NCBI GenBank assembly: GCA_039920065.1
Contig: JBDSEL010000019.1
Coordinates: forward strand, 1-53,213
Length of the DNA: 53,213 nt
Reading direction: 5' to 3'
Source of the DNA: Sphingomicrobium sp.
Lineage (GTDB): Bacteria > Pseudomonadota > Alphaproteobacteria > Sphingomonadales > Sphingomonadaceae
Made by a program: the position numbers and the translations under genes. Below, one piece after another: positions 21,357 through 30,988 of this stretch. Below the pieces are notes generated by a model, which ran no database searches, had not been told where the DNA came from, and saw only the letters and a program-made list of their open reading frames with translations. Position 1 is the first letter of the stretch; each line of letters opens with the position of its first letter.

Positions 21357-21381
21357 GGAACCGCGACGCGCGCGCCTCGTT
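21357..21381 (+). promoter_or_regulatory. EcfG-type promoter
   Basis: GGAAC-N16-CGTT, ending 27 nt upstream of the ATG at 21409. Confidence 0.7.
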
Positions 21382-21408
21382 GTCCGGCGAAATGGAGCGA
21401 GCAATATC

Positions 21409-21834
21409 ATGGACCCCTTGACCCCTCTCGATACCCTGTGCCGGATCATCCTTCGCGCCCGCGAATATGAAGCGCAGACCGCCAGCGATTACGACCCCGG
21501 CGAGGATGCCGACAATATCGACGATAGTGATGGCGCTGCGCTCAGCGTGCTCGACGATGATGCGAATACCAGTGTCGAGGAGGAATTGACCGCGGCGTTC
21601 GAAGACCTCGGCGAAGATCAGCTGGCCGAAGTGCTCGGCTTCTGCTGGGTCGGCGCCGGCACCTACGAGGCAAGCGACTGGGACGAGGCGATGGAAGAGG
21701 CCAATTCGCTGGTCAGCGAGGGCGTCGATGGTGCGGTCGAGGAATTGCTTGAAATGCCGATGCTGGCGTCGGTCCTCGAATCCGGCATGGCCGCGTTCGA
21801 ACTGAGCTGCGACGGGATCGGCAACCTCACCTAA
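21409..21834 (+). CDS. DUF3775-like acidic protein
   Basis: CRIILRARE...EDQLAEV....WVG.G.Y...DW.EA...LL.MP.L...LE.G pattern; GGAG SD. Confidence 0.75.
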   Translation: MDPLTPLDTLCRIILRAREYEAQTASDYDPGEDADNIDDSDGAALSVLDDDANTSVEEELTAAFEDLGEDQLAEVLGFCWVGAGTYEASDWDEAMEEANSLVSEGVDGAVEELLEMPMLASVLESGMAAFELSCDGIGNLT

Positions 21835-22355
21835 GGCAAGATCCCGCGAAAGGCATAGGTCGCAAGGCGCTCCCACGGTCCGCCGAGATAGCGCTGCAGG
21901 CCAAGTCCGGCGATTGTCAGTGGCACCGGGCGAAACTCGGCCTCGAGCTGCGCCAGAAGCGCCCGCGCGACTTTGGGCTGAACCTTGTTCTGGATGGTCA
22001 CATGGGGCCGCCAGCCGCCGCTGTCCTGGGCACTGAGCAGGCCATGAAAGGCATTCGCAAGTTCGGCGCGGACAGCGTCGAGATCGGGCGAAGCGACGCG
22101 AAAGGCGACACCGCCGCCAAGGTCCATCAATCCTTCGATCGAGGCCCGCGGGGGTGGTTGTCGAACCGCTTCGCTCAGGCGATGGCGGACCTCGGCCTCC
22201 GCGGTTGGCGGAAGCGCGTGAAACATCGTCAAATGCGCATCGAGATGATTGCGTTCGAGCGGGAAATGCTGACTGCGCAGCCGCGTCAGCCAGGCGTGAT
22301 CGGGGCCGCCGAGCTGGACGGTGACGATTAGCGCACCGCTCAAGCCGCCGGCCAC
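21831..22355 (-). CDS. 2H phosphoesterase (2'-5' RNA ligase-like) family protein
   Basis: Two HxT motifs: AHLTMF and PHVTIQ. Confidence 0.85.
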   Translation of the reverse strand: MAGGLSGALIVTVQLGGPDHAWLTRLRSQHFPLERNHLDAHLTMFHALPPTAEAEVRHRLSEAVRQPPPRASIEGLMDLGGGVAFRVASPDLDAVRAELANAFHGLLSAQDSGGWRPHVTIQNKVQPKVARALLAQLEAEFRPVPLTIAGLGLQRYLGGPWERLATYAFRGILP

Positions 22356-22900
22356 TGGCCGCGCTCGACCCTCGCTAAGCCCTGAATGCCACCATCGAGG
22401 TTCGCGCGCACGCCTTCCCCTTCAATCGCCAGATTTGGCCAGTCAATGCGCCGCAACGTCTCGCCCACCCCGGCCACCCCGCCATCGGAAAACACCAGGT
22501 AACGGATTTTGCCGCTGGCGGCGCCGGCCAAAGCGTCGACGCAATGGCCAACCGTCTCGCACCCGGCGGTGATTGGTGCGCGGGTCAGCAGCGACAGTGG
22601 GAACAGCGCCTCGCCCGGCGTCGCCTCGCTTTGTTTGGCAGCGCCGAGCGCGCCGGCCTCGACCTTGGCCTGACGCCCAAGCCAGCGCAACATGCCGAAG
22701 ATGTTGAGTAGGGTCAGGACGGCGTTGGTCCACACCAGCGCGCTTTGTCCCGTCACGATCCCGGTCGCTAGCCAGGCGAGCGAGCCGATCAGGAAAATGC
22801 CAAAGCCGATCCCGGTAATCCGCGCGCCAAGGCTAGAGGCGGTGATGAGCGCTGCGGCGATGGTCGCGGCAGTGGCGACCCACTGAATGATTTCGATCAT
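22340..22900 (-). CDS. Membrane protein (3 TM) with C-terminal PRC-barrel-like domain
   Basis: Hydrophobic N-half; C-half G.TVG.CVD.L....SGKIRYLV.S.GGVAGVGE. Weak EcfG-like GGACC-N16-CATT at 22909-22933. Confidence 0.7.
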   Translation of the reverse strand: MIEIIQWVATAATIAAALITASSLGARITGIGFGIFLIGSLAWLATGIVTGQSALVWTNAVLTLLNIFGMLRWLGRQAKVEAGALGAAKQSEATPGEALFPLSLLTRAPITAGCETVGHCVDALAGAASGKIRYLVFSDGGVAGVGETLRRIDWPNLAIEGEGVRANLDGGIQGLARVERGQWPAA

Positions 22901-22936
22901 CAAGCCGGAATGCCGTAGCCGTGCAAAAGGTCCGGC

Positions 22937-24901
22937 CTAGATTTCAACCTGGCTACCAAGCTCGACCACCCGGTTGGTTGGCAGCTTGAAGAATTCCATC
23001 GCGCTTTCCGCGTTGCGCAGCATCCATGAGAACAGTTTCTCGCGCCAGATCGCCATGCCCGGTCGAGCACTTGCAAGCAGCGTCTGGCGAGCGAGGAAGA
23101 AGCTGGTGTCCATCGTCCGGCAGGTCGCGCCGCAATCCTTGAGCTCGGCCAGCGCGACGGGAACGTCGATTTCCTCCATGAAGCCATAGCGCAGGACGAT
23201 CCGGTAAAAGCCTTCACCATAATCGGTCACTTCGCTGCGCTTGCCCTCGGCAACGTAGGGAATGTCCTCGATCCGCACGGTCAGCAGCATGACCCGCTCG
23301 TGCAGCACCTTGTTGTGCTTAAGGTTGTGCAGCAGCGCATGCGGCACCCCGCTAGCCGAGCTGGTCATGAATACCGCGGTTCCGGACACGCGAGTGGCGC
23401 TCGGCGCGGCCGACTTGATGAAGATCTCCATCGGCAGGCTGGCCTCGTTCATGCGGTCGATCATCAGCTTGCGGCCCTTCGCCCAGGTGGTGAGGAAGGT
23501 GAAGGCGATGGCGCCGATCAACAGCGGGAACCAGCCGCCATCGGGGACCTTGAGCAGATTGGCCGACAGATAGGCGAAATCGACGGTGAAGAAGAGGACC
23601 AGGAGGAAGCCGACCCAGAATTTGTTCCAGTTCCACATATGCCGCAGCACAACCGAGATCAGGACCGTGTCGATGATCATCGCGCCGGTCACCGCAATGC
23701 CATAAGCGGCGGCCAGGTTGGACGAACTGCGGAAGGTCAGGACGAGCAGGATGACCATCGTCAGCAGCGCCCAGTTGATCACCGGAATGTAGATCTGGCC
23801 GGCGGCGCTTTCGCTGGTGTGGGTGATGCGCAGGCGTGGGATGAAGCCCAACTGGATCGCCTGCTGAGTGACCGAGAAGGCGCCCGAAATAACCGCCTGG
23901 CTGGCGATGATCGTGGCCGCGGTGGCGAGCAGGACGAGCGGCAGGCGAAGCGAATCCGGAGCGAGATAGAAGAACGGGTTCTTGACCGTTTCAACCGCTT
24001 CGGCCGGGCTTAACGACAATAGCATCGCGCCTTGCCCCAGATAGTTGATCAGCAGGGCCGGAAGAACGAAGTAAATCCACGACACGCGGATCGGCTTGCG
24101 CCCGAAATGCCCCATGTCAGCATACAGCGCCTCGGCCCCGGTAACCGCCAGCACGACCGATCCCAGGGCAATGAACGCGCGCACTGGATCGGCAACGACG
24201 AAGGCGCCGATGTTGAGTGGGTTGAGCATCGCCAGGATGACCGCCGGATAATCCATGATGTGGATCACGCCGAGGACTGCCAGAACCGCGAAATAGACCA
24301 GCATGACCGGCCCGAACAAAAGCCCGACCTTGGCCGTGCCGCGCGACTGGATCGCGAATAGGCCGACCAGGATGGCGATCGCGGTCGGCACCACGAACGG
24401 TTCGAAACTGGGATTGACGGTGGTCAGCCCCTCGACTGCGGATAACACCGAGATCGCCGGCGTGATCATCGAATCGCCGTAGAACAACGCCGTCGCGAAC
24501 ACCCCCATGAGGATGATCCCGCTGGTCCATCGGCGCTTGCCGCCAAGGCTTCGGTTGATGAGGGCAAGCAGCGCCAGGCTGCCGCCCTCGCCCTTGTTGT
24601 CGGCGCGCATGACGATCAACACATATTTGAGCGTGACGATGATCATCATCGACCAGAAGATCAGGCTCAACACCCCGAAGATGTGGAGCTTGTCCGGACT
24701 CAGCGTGTGGTGGCCGGCAAAGGTTTCGCGGAAAGCGTAGATTGGCGAGGTGCCGATATCGCCATAGACGATCCCGACCGCGGCGATCGCCAGCTTGTAC
24801 ATCGGGCCGTGCGCGTGGCCCTGCGTATCGTGAGACAGAAAGTTCGAATCTGCGGCGGGATCGACTGCGGGATCGACAGCATCGGGGACAGTGGCGGTCA
24901 T
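22937..24901 (-). CDS. kup: Potassium uptake protein Kup
   Basis: [64 protein letters not shown]. Confidence 0.97.
   Translation of the reverse strand: MTATVPDAVDPAVDPAADSNFLSHDTQGHAHGPMYKLAIAAVGIVYGDIGTSPIYAFRETFAGHHTLSPDKLHIFGVLSLIFWSMMIIVTLKYVLIVMRADNKGEGGSLALLALINRSLGGKRRWTSGIILMGVFATALFYGDSMITPAISVLSAVEGLTTVNPSFEPFVVPTAIAILVGLFAIQSRGTAKVGLLFGPVMLVYFAVLAVLGVIHIMDYPAVILAMLNPLNIGAFVVADPVRAFIALGSVVLAVTGAEALYADMGHFGRKPIRVSWIYFVLPALLINYLGQGAMLLSLSPAEAVETVKNPFFYLAPDSLRLPLVLLATAATIIASQAVISGAFSVTQQAIQLGFIPRLRITHTSESAAGQIYIPVINWALLTMVILLVLTFRSSSNLAAAYGIAVTGAMIIDTVLISVVLRHMWNWNKFWVGFLLVLFFTVDFAYLSANLLKVPDGGWFPLLIGAIAFTFLTTWAKGRKLMIDRMNEASLPMEIFIKSAAPSATRVSGTAVFMTSSASGVPHALLHNLKHNKVLHERVMLLTVRIEDIPYVAEGKRSEVTDYGEGFYRIVLRYGFMEEIDVPVALAELKDCGATCRTMDTSFFLARQTLLASARPGMAIWREKLFSWMLRNAESAMEFFKLPTNRVVELGSQVEI
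24855..24880. repeat. 12-bp tandem repeat in the kup N-terminus (AVDP units)
   Basis: GCGGGATCGACT GCGGGATCGACA GC. Confidence 0.6.
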
Positions 24902-25083
24902 GCGATCTTGAAACTCACCCTGCTGACTGTCGAAAGGTCGATCCGATCCGTGGGGCTTCAACGCCTCCCCTGCGGGGCGGTTCACCTAGCACCCGCCCAA
25001 TGCCGCCGCAATCATGCAGGGACAAGGGCTCGCAAGGCGGTTATAGCCCGCGCCAATCCCAATCTCATGTGGAGCGAATCAGC

Positions 25084-26190
25084 ATGCGCGTCGGTGTGCC
25101 CAAGGAAATCAAGAACCACGAATATCGCGTCGGTCTGACCCCCGCGAGCGTTGCCGAACTAACCGCCTGCGGGCACGAGGTGTTCGTCGAAACCAAGGCC
25201 GGCATGGGCATCGATTTCTCGGACAAGAGTTTCGAGAATGCCGGTGCGACCATCCTCGCCACCGCGGCCGAGATCTTCGCCAAGGCCGACATGATCGTCA
25301 AGGTGAAGGAGCCGCAGGCGGTCGAGATCGCCATGCTGCGGTCCGATCAATTGCTGTTTACCTACCTCCATCTCGCCCCAGATCCCGACCAGGCCAAGGG
25401 GCTGATGGCTTCGGGCGCGACCTGCATTGCCTATGAAACGGTGACCTCGAATTCTGGCGCCTTGCCGCTGCTCAAGCCGATGAGCGAGGTCGCCGGCCGG
25501 ATGTCGGTCCAGGTCGGTGCGCATTACCTGGAAAAGGAACAGGGTGGTCGCGGCGTCTTGCTCGGCGGGGTTCCCGGCGTGGCGCCGGCCAAGGTCGCCA
25601 TCCTCGGCGGCGGCGTCGCCGGCATCAACGCGGCGCAGATCGCCACCGGGCAGCGCGCCGACGTCACCATCTATGACATCAACAACGACCGCCTGGCCGA
25701 ACTCGACATGCATTTCGGAAGCACGATCAAGACCGCCTTTGCGTCGAAGGCCGCAATTGCCCAGGCAATCCAGGAGGCCGAATTGGTGATTGGCGCGGTC
25801 CTCGTCCCCGGCGCCGCTGCGCCCAAGTTGGTCACTCGCGATCAGCTCAAGACGATGAAGCGCGGTTCGGTCCTGGTCGACATCGCGATCGATCAGGGCG
25901 GCTGTTTCGAAACGTCCAAGGCGACGACCCACGATGACCCCGTCTATACGATCGATGGCGTCATTCATTATTGCGTCGCCAACATGCCCGGCGCAGTCGC
26001 TCGGACCAGCACGTTCGCGCTGAACAATGCGACCCTGCCGTTTGCGCTCAAGCTTGCCAATCTGGGCGCGCAAAAGGCGATGGCGGCCGATCCGCACCTC
26101 GCCAACGGCCTCAATGTTTCGGGGGGCAAGATCCGCAACCAGCCGGTCGCCGAGGCGCTCGGCCTGCCCTACGAACCGGCTAAATTCTAG
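25084..26190 (+). CDS. ald: Alanine dehydrogenase
   Basis: MRVGVPKEIKNHEYRVGLTP, FTYLHLA, PMSEVAGR, DIAIDQGGCFETS, YCVANMPGAV. Confidence 0.97.
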   Translation: MRVGVPKEIKNHEYRVGLTPASVAELTACGHEVFVETKAGMGIDFSDKSFENAGATILATAAEIFAKADMIVKVKEPQAVEIAMLRSDQLLFTYLHLAPDPDQAKGLMASGATCIAYETVTSNSGALPLLKPMSEVAGRMSVQVGAHYLEKEQGGRGVLLGGVPGVAPAKVAILGGGVAGINAAQIATGQRADVTIYDINNDRLAELDMHFGSTIKTAFASKAAIAQAIQEAELVIGAVLVPGAAAPKLVTRDQLKTMKRGSVLVDIAIDQGGCFETSKATTHDDPVYTIDGVIHYCVANMPGAVARTSTFALNNATLPFALKLANLGAQKAMAADPHLANGLNVSGGKIRNQPVAEALGLPYEPAKF

Positions 26191-26846
26191 GGACGTTGCG
26201 GCGGTGATTGCGGCAGCGATTGCGGCAGTGATTGTGGCAGTGATGGCGGAGCGCTGAGCGCCGCCACGCCTTGCTCGATCAGCGGGCGCCAGCCGGCTTT
26301 GGCCGGCGCGGTGGCGAGGATCGATTGCCAAATAGCGAGCGCCGCCTGGGGATCGCCCGACCGAGCCATTGCGACGCCGTAGAAGAACGGCCCCGCCGGA
26401 TTGCCGGGCGCAACTTCGGCGGCGCGGCGAAAGGCGAATTCGGCGGGCGGAGTGAGCATTCCCGCATGATCTACCAGCGCATTGCCAAGCCCGACCCACA
26501 ATTGCGGATCGCCGGGATAGCGCTGGGTGGCGTTGGTCAAAATTCCGACCGCGTCCTTGGTCTTGCCGTCGCGGGCCAGCGCTTCGGACATGCGCACCCA
26601 GCCTTCGCCCGACCCGAAGGTGCCGAAAAAGGCGTGACGCGGGGTGGTGAGGTCGAGCACCTTGTCCTGGGCGCGGACGTGCGCCGGGGCCTCGCGGATG
26701 CCGGGCCTGCCCTGCATGGCATAGCCCGCGGCGCCGAGCATCAGCGCTGCTGCAGCGGCGGTCAGCGACGCGCCCTTGAGGCCGAGCAGGCGCAAGACCA
26801 GCAGCGCCACGCCGATGATCAGGAACAGCGTCAACCAACCGCTCAT
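26187..26846 (-). CDS. Cytochrome c biogenesis TPR protein (CcmI/CycH-like)
   Basis: Two N-terminal TMs, GYAMQGRPG, TPR-like helices; last gene of the ccm operon. Confidence 0.8.
   Translation of the reverse strand: MSGWLTLFLIIGVALLVLRLLGLKGASLTAAAAALMLGAAGYAMQGRPGIREAPAHVRAQDKVLDLTTPRHAFFGTFGSGEGWVRMSEALARDGKTKDAVGILTNATQRYPGDPQLWVGLGNALVDHAGMLTPPAEFAFRRAAEVAPGNPAGPFFYGVAMARSGDPQAALAIWQSILATAPAKAGWRPLIEQGVAALSAPPSLPQSLPQSLPQSPPQRP
26196..26249. repeat. 12-bp tandem repeat (about 4.5 copies) encoding SLPQ/SPPQ at the CcmI-like C-terminus
   Basis: TTGCGGCGGTGA TTGCGGCAGCGA TTGCGGCAGTGA TTGTGGCAGTGA TGGCGG. Confidence 0.8.
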
Positions 26847-27250
26847 GACCGCTTCCCCCGCACCCGCCGGGCAACGATCGCGCCGCCAAGGATCAGCAGC
26901 ACCAACGGCACCAGCCACAGCGGCAAGGCGGCACCGCTCGCGGTCGGCTTGTAACTGATCCAGTCGCCATAGCGTTCGATCAGCCAGGCGCGGATTTGTC
27001 CCGGCGTCTGGCCCTCGGCAATGCGGCGGCGGACGAGATCTCGCATGTCCCCGGCAAGCCCGGCATCGCTATCGGCGATCGACTGGCCCTGGCACACCAG
27101 GCAGCGGATTTCGTCCATCAGTGTCTGCGCCGCGGCTTCCTGGCGCGCGTCGGGCAATTGGCGGTCGGACCAATAGGCCGGCGGCATCGTACTGTCGGCC
27201 AGCGCGGGCACCGCCAAGGTGAGCATCAAGGCGAGGAATATCCGGGTCAT
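26843..27250 (-). CDS. ccmH: Cytochrome c-type biogenesis protein CcmH
   Basis: IRCLVCQGQSIADSDA motif; signal peptide and C-terminal TM. Confidence 0.93.
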   Translation of the reverse strand: MTRIFLALMLTLAVPALADSTMPPAYWSDRQLPDARQEAAAQTLMDEIRCLVCQGQSIADSDAGLAGDMRDLVRRRIAEGQTPGQIRAWLIERYGDWISYKPTASGAALPLWLVPLVLLILGGAIVARRVRGKRS

Positions 27251-27777
27251 CGCGCCGCCTCGACCTGGGTCAGGATGGCAGGGATATCCGCGGCCGCGAT
27301 CGGGCCGATGTGCTGCGCCCGGATCACGCCAGCACGGTCGACGATGAAGCTTTCGGGCACGCCGGATGAGCCGAGCGCGATCTGGACCTCGCTCTGATCG
27401 TCGGCGCCGATCCGGTCGAACGGGTCGCCGTGGCGGGCGAGAAAGGCCTGCAGATCCTCTTCGCGGTCGCGGATCGCGATGCCATCGATTTTCACGCCGC
27501 GGCGCTTCAACTCGGCCAGGACACCGGCCTCGGTCGCGCAGGGCACGCACCAGCTGGCGAAGATATTGACCAGGCGCGGGCCCGCGCCACCGGTCAGGTC
27601 GCGCGACGACAAGCCGCGCTTGCCCGGGACCGCCGCTGGCAGGTTGAATACTGGGACTCGTTGCCCGGTCAGTTGCGAGGCGACTTGAGTGTCGGGCGGG
27701 GTCGCCAGCCGCCACACCATCGCCCCGACCAGCGCCACAAAGAGCGCAAGCGGGATGAAGCGCCAGTGCCTGGTCAT
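27247..27777 (-). CDS. ccmG: Thiol:disulfide interchange protein CcmG/DsbE
   Basis: VNIFASWCVPC and GVPESFIVD. Confidence 0.92.
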   Translation of the reverse strand: MTRHWRFIPLALFVALVGAMVWRLATPPDTQVASQLTGQRVPVFNLPAAVPGKRGLSSRDLTGGAGPRLVNIFASWCVPCATEAGVLAELKRRGVKIDGIAIRDREEDLQAFLARHGDPFDRIGADDQSEVQIALGSSGVPESFIVDRAGVIRAQHIGPIAAADIPAILTQVEAAR

Positions 27778-29702
27778 GCGCGCCGCCAATCGTTGGCGCC
27801 GCGGCGGCTGCGGCGAAAGCGCAGCGGCAGCCGCCCGAGCAGCGCGATTGCTCCCCCCAATCCGATCAGCAGGCCCCCTGTCCAGATGAGCGTGACGAAC
27901 GGCTTCCACCACAAGCGCAACTGCCAGCCGCCGCCGGAATCGGGCTTGCCGATGACGGTATAGAGTTGGCCGTTCCAGAAGGTCTCGATCGCCGCTTCGT
28001 TGGTTTCGGCCGGGGGTGCCCAATAATAATGGGTGCGCGGGTTGAGGCGAATTTCACCGGTTCCGCGCGAGGCCGCGAGCTGCCCCTCGATGCCCACCCA
28101 ATTCTCGCCCGCGACCGGTTGGACCTGTTCGAACTGGACCAGCCACGGCCCGACATTGACGCGCTCGCCGGGTTTGACCACCGCCAAAGTTTCGACCGTG
28201 AACGCGGCATTGGCAGCAGCGCCGGCAAGCGCGACCGCCATCCCAAAATGGGCGATCGCCATGCCCCACGTCGGCAGCGGAATGCGCAGCGGATTGCGCC
28301 CGACCAGCGGCACCAGCGCCGCCGGTGCAAGATAAGTGGCGACGCTGATCCCGAGGCGCGGCAACCAATTGATGTGCGGCGCGAGGATGATCGTCGTGAC
28401 CAGCGCGGTCGCTCCAAACAGCGCGGGGACTAGGAGCTTCTTGAGTATGGGGCGAGTCTCGCGCCGCCACGACAGCAATGGCCCGACACCGACCAACAGC
28501 GCCAGCATCAGCGTCAGCGGACCCGCGACGAGATTGAAATAAGGTGCGCCGACTGACAGTTTCGCGCCGCTCACCGCCTCCACCAGCAAGGGGTAGAGCG
28601 TGCCGACGAAAACCGTGCCGAGGATGACCGCAAGGATCAGATTGTTGATCACCAGTCCCGTCTCGCGGCTGATTAGCTCGAACGGCGCGCCTTCGCGAAG
28701 CGCGGGCGCGCGCACTGCGAAAAGGGTCAAGGCCGCGCCAACGTAGATCGCCAGCAAGGCCAGCAGGAAGGCGCCGCGCTGCGGATCGATGGCGAAAGAA
28801 TGAACCGAAGTCAGGATGCCCGAGCGGACCAGGAAGGTGCCGACCATCGACATCGAAAAGGCGATCACCGCGAGCATCATCGTCCACGCCTTGAGCGCCC
28901 CCCGCGCGGCCAGCACGTTGAGCGAATGGAGCAAGGCGGTGGCCGCGAGCCACGGCATCAGCGAGGCATTCTCGACCGGGTCCCAGAACCACCAGCCGCC
29001 CCAGCCCAACTCGTAATAGGCCCAATAACTGCCAGCAGTGATGCCGATCGTCAGCAGCACCCAGGCGCCGAGCACCCAAGGCCGCATTGCCCGCGCCAAC
29101 CGACTATCGACCTCGCCGCTGAGCATCGCGCCGACCGCCAGGCTGAACGCGACCGACAAGCCGACATAGCCAAGGTAAAGTGTCGGCGGATGGAAGGCCA
29201 AGCCGGGGTCCTGGAGCAAGGGATTGAACCCCTGCCCATCGAGCGGCGCCGGGAACACGCGCGCGAACGGGTTCGAAGCCACCAGCAGGAAGGTGAAGAA
29301 GCCAAGCGCAAGCGCGGCCTGGGCGCCGAGCGCGGCGGTCAGCGTGCGCTCCCCCGCGCGGCGCGAGAATAGCGCCATCCACGCCCCCGACGCGGCCAGG
29401 ATGGTGACCCACATCAGCATCGAGCCTTCGTGGTTTCCCCACGCCGCGGCGACTTTGTAAATAAATGGCTTGGCGCTGTGGCTATTGGCGACGACCAGCG
29501 CGACCGACAAATCGGTGCGCGCGAACACCAGCAGCAGCGCGGTGAAGGCGATGAACGTCAGCAGCCCCTGCACCACTGCGACCGGGCGCATGGCGGCGAC
29601 CGCTTCGGTCCGCCCGCGAAAGGCGATCAGCGACAGGATTAACTGGAACGCGGCCAGGCCGGCGGCGAGCCACAGGGCGGCCAGGCCAGCCTCGGCGATC
29701 AT
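27774..29702 (-). CDS. ccmF: Heme lyase CcmF
   Basis: WGNHEGS, HPPTLYLGY, WAYYELGWGGWWFWDPVENASLMPW, SVHSF. Confidence 0.97.
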   Translation of the reverse strand: MIAEAGLAALWLAAGLAAFQLILSLIAFRGRTEAVAAMRPVAVVQGLLTFIAFTALLLVFARTDLSVALVVANSHSAKPFIYKVAAAWGNHEGSMLMWVTILAASGAWMALFSRRAGERTLTAALGAQAALALGFFTFLLVASNPFARVFPAPLDGQGFNPLLQDPGLAFHPPTLYLGYVGLSVAFSLAVGAMLSGEVDSRLARAMRPWVLGAWVLLTIGITAGSYWAYYELGWGGWWFWDPVENASLMPWLAATALLHSLNVLAARGALKAWTMMLAVIAFSMSMVGTFLVRSGILTSVHSFAIDPQRGAFLLALLAIYVGAALTLFAVRAPALREGAPFELISRETGLVINNLILAVILGTVFVGTLYPLLVEAVSGAKLSVGAPYFNLVAGPLTLMLALLVGVGPLLSWRRETRPILKKLLVPALFGATALVTTIILAPHINWLPRLGISVATYLAPAALVPLVGRNPLRIPLPTWGMAIAHFGMAVALAGAAANAAFTVETLAVVKPGERVNVGPWLVQFEQVQPVAGENWVGIEGQLAASRGTGEIRLNPRTHYYWAPPAETNEAAIETFWNGQLYTVIGKPDSGGGWQLRLWWKPFVTLIWTGGLLIGLGGAIALLGRLPLRFRRSRRGANDWRRA

Positions 29703-30139
29703 TGCTCGAGCGTCCTGCCAACGCGATGCTCGGCCGACAGATTGCCAAGCTCGGGCGGCATGTAGCGCTCGTCATGCTTGGCGAGGATATTGTCGGCGAC
29801 GAACACCGGCCCTTCCATGCGTCCCTCTGCGACCGCTCCGCTGCCCTCGCGGAACAGGTCGGGCACGATGCCGCGGAAACGGACAGGGGTGACCGCTTTG
29901 CCGTCGCTGACCCGGAAGCGGATGGTGACTCCATCGGGCAGATGTTCGACCGAGCCCGCCTCGACCATCCCGCCGAGGCGCAGCGCCCGCCCCGGCTCGG
30001 CTTTGCCGGCGGCGATGTCGGCGGGAGTGAGGAAATAGGCAGCGCGGTCCTTGAGCCCCCACATTGCGAGCAGGACCGCACCGGCGAGTGCGGCGACGGC
30101 AGCGATCACGAGCAGCAGGCGCTGGTGCTTGGGCTTCAC
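29699..30139 (-). CDS. ccmE: Heme chaperone CcmE
   Basis: LRLGGMV, PDLFREG, LAKHDERYMP; GTG start at VKPKHQR. Confidence 0.95.
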   Translation of the reverse strand: MKPKHQRLLLVIAAVAALAGAVLLAMWGLKDRAAYFLTPADIAAGKAEPGRALRLGGMVEAGSVEHLPDGVTIRFRVSDGKAVTPVRFRGIVPDLFREGSGAVAEGRMEGPVFVADNILAKHDERYMPPELGNLSAEHRVGRTLEQ

Positions 30140-30264
30140 GGGCGGGTCAGGTCGTCGGCAGCGCGCTCGGCCCGGCGCATCCCGCTCCACGCCCACGCCA
30201 GTAACCCTGCGGTCATGACGATTGCCACGCTATAAGCGGCAATGACGAAGGGCCACGGGTTCAT
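30136..30264 (-). CDS. ccmD: Heme exporter protein CcmD (42 aa, below the ORF-track cutoff)
   Basis: MNPWPFVIAAYSVAIVMTAGLLAWAWSGMRRAERAADDLTRP; overlaps the ccmC stop (ATGA) and the ccmE start (GTGA). Confidence 0.85.
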   Translation of the reverse strand: MNPWPFVIAAYSVAIVMTAGLLAWAWSGMRRAERAADDLTRP

Positions 30265-30977
30265 GGCTGGCCCATCCGGCGCAGGCGCGCCTCAACCTTG
30301 GTGTCCGCCAAGTCCTTGCGCATCAGCATCAACACGGCGGCCGCGAACAGCGCGGTGAACCCGATCATGGTCAGCGGCAGCGGCCACAGGATAGCGGGCG
30401 CGATGCTCGACCCGGTCACCGAAATGCTCTGCCCCTGGTGAAGCGTGCGCCACCACAGCACCGAATAATGGATCACCGGCAGGTTGATCGCTCCGACCAG
30501 TCCGAAGATTGCGGCGATGCGCTCGTCGCCGCCGCGTTCGCGTTCCGCTGCCGCGAGCCCGATATAGCCGAGGTAAAGGAAGAATAGGATTAGCATCGAC
30601 GTCAGCCGCCCGTCCCATTCCCACCACGTACCCCAGGTCGGGCGACCCCAGATCGAGCCGCTGGCGAGGCAGATGAAGGCGAATACCGCACCGGCCGGCG
30701 CAATTGCTCGTCCGGCAATCGCGGCCAAGGGATGGCGCCATGCCAATTGGCTTAGCGAGGCGCCGGCAATCCCCATCCACCCAGCCATTCCAAGCCATGC
30801 CGCGGGCACATGGATGTAGAGGATGCGCACGGTCTCGCCCTGCAGATAGTCCGGCGGCGTCAGCGTCAAGCCCGCCGCCATGCCGGCGCTTGCGGCAATC
30901 AGGCCAATCGCCAACAGCCACGGCGTTGCTCGCCGCGCCAGGCGCAGGAAGCGGGCCGGATTGGCGAATGCGTGCAT
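30261..30977 (-). CDS. ccmC: Heme ABC transporter permease CcmC
   Basis: YIHVPAAW, WGRPTWGTWWEWDGRLTS (WWD domain), WWRTLHQ. Confidence 0.96.
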   Translation of the reverse strand: MHAFANPARFLRLARRATPWLLAIGLIAASAGMAAGLTLTPPDYLQGETVRILYIHVPAAWLGMAGWMGIAGASLSQLAWRHPLAAIAGRAIAPAGAVFAFICLASGSIWGRPTWGTWWEWDGRLTSMLILFFLYLGYIGLAAAERERGGDERIAAIFGLVGAINLPVIHYSVLWWRTLHQGQSISVTGSSIAPAILWPLPLTMIGFTALFAAAVLMLMRKDLADTKVEARLRRMGQP

Positions 30978-30988
30978 GAAGGCCTGTA

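Noticed and set aside
26196-26249. Short repeats as a possible CRISPR array
   Set aside because: Contiguous 12-bp in-frame units with no spacers and no cas genes.
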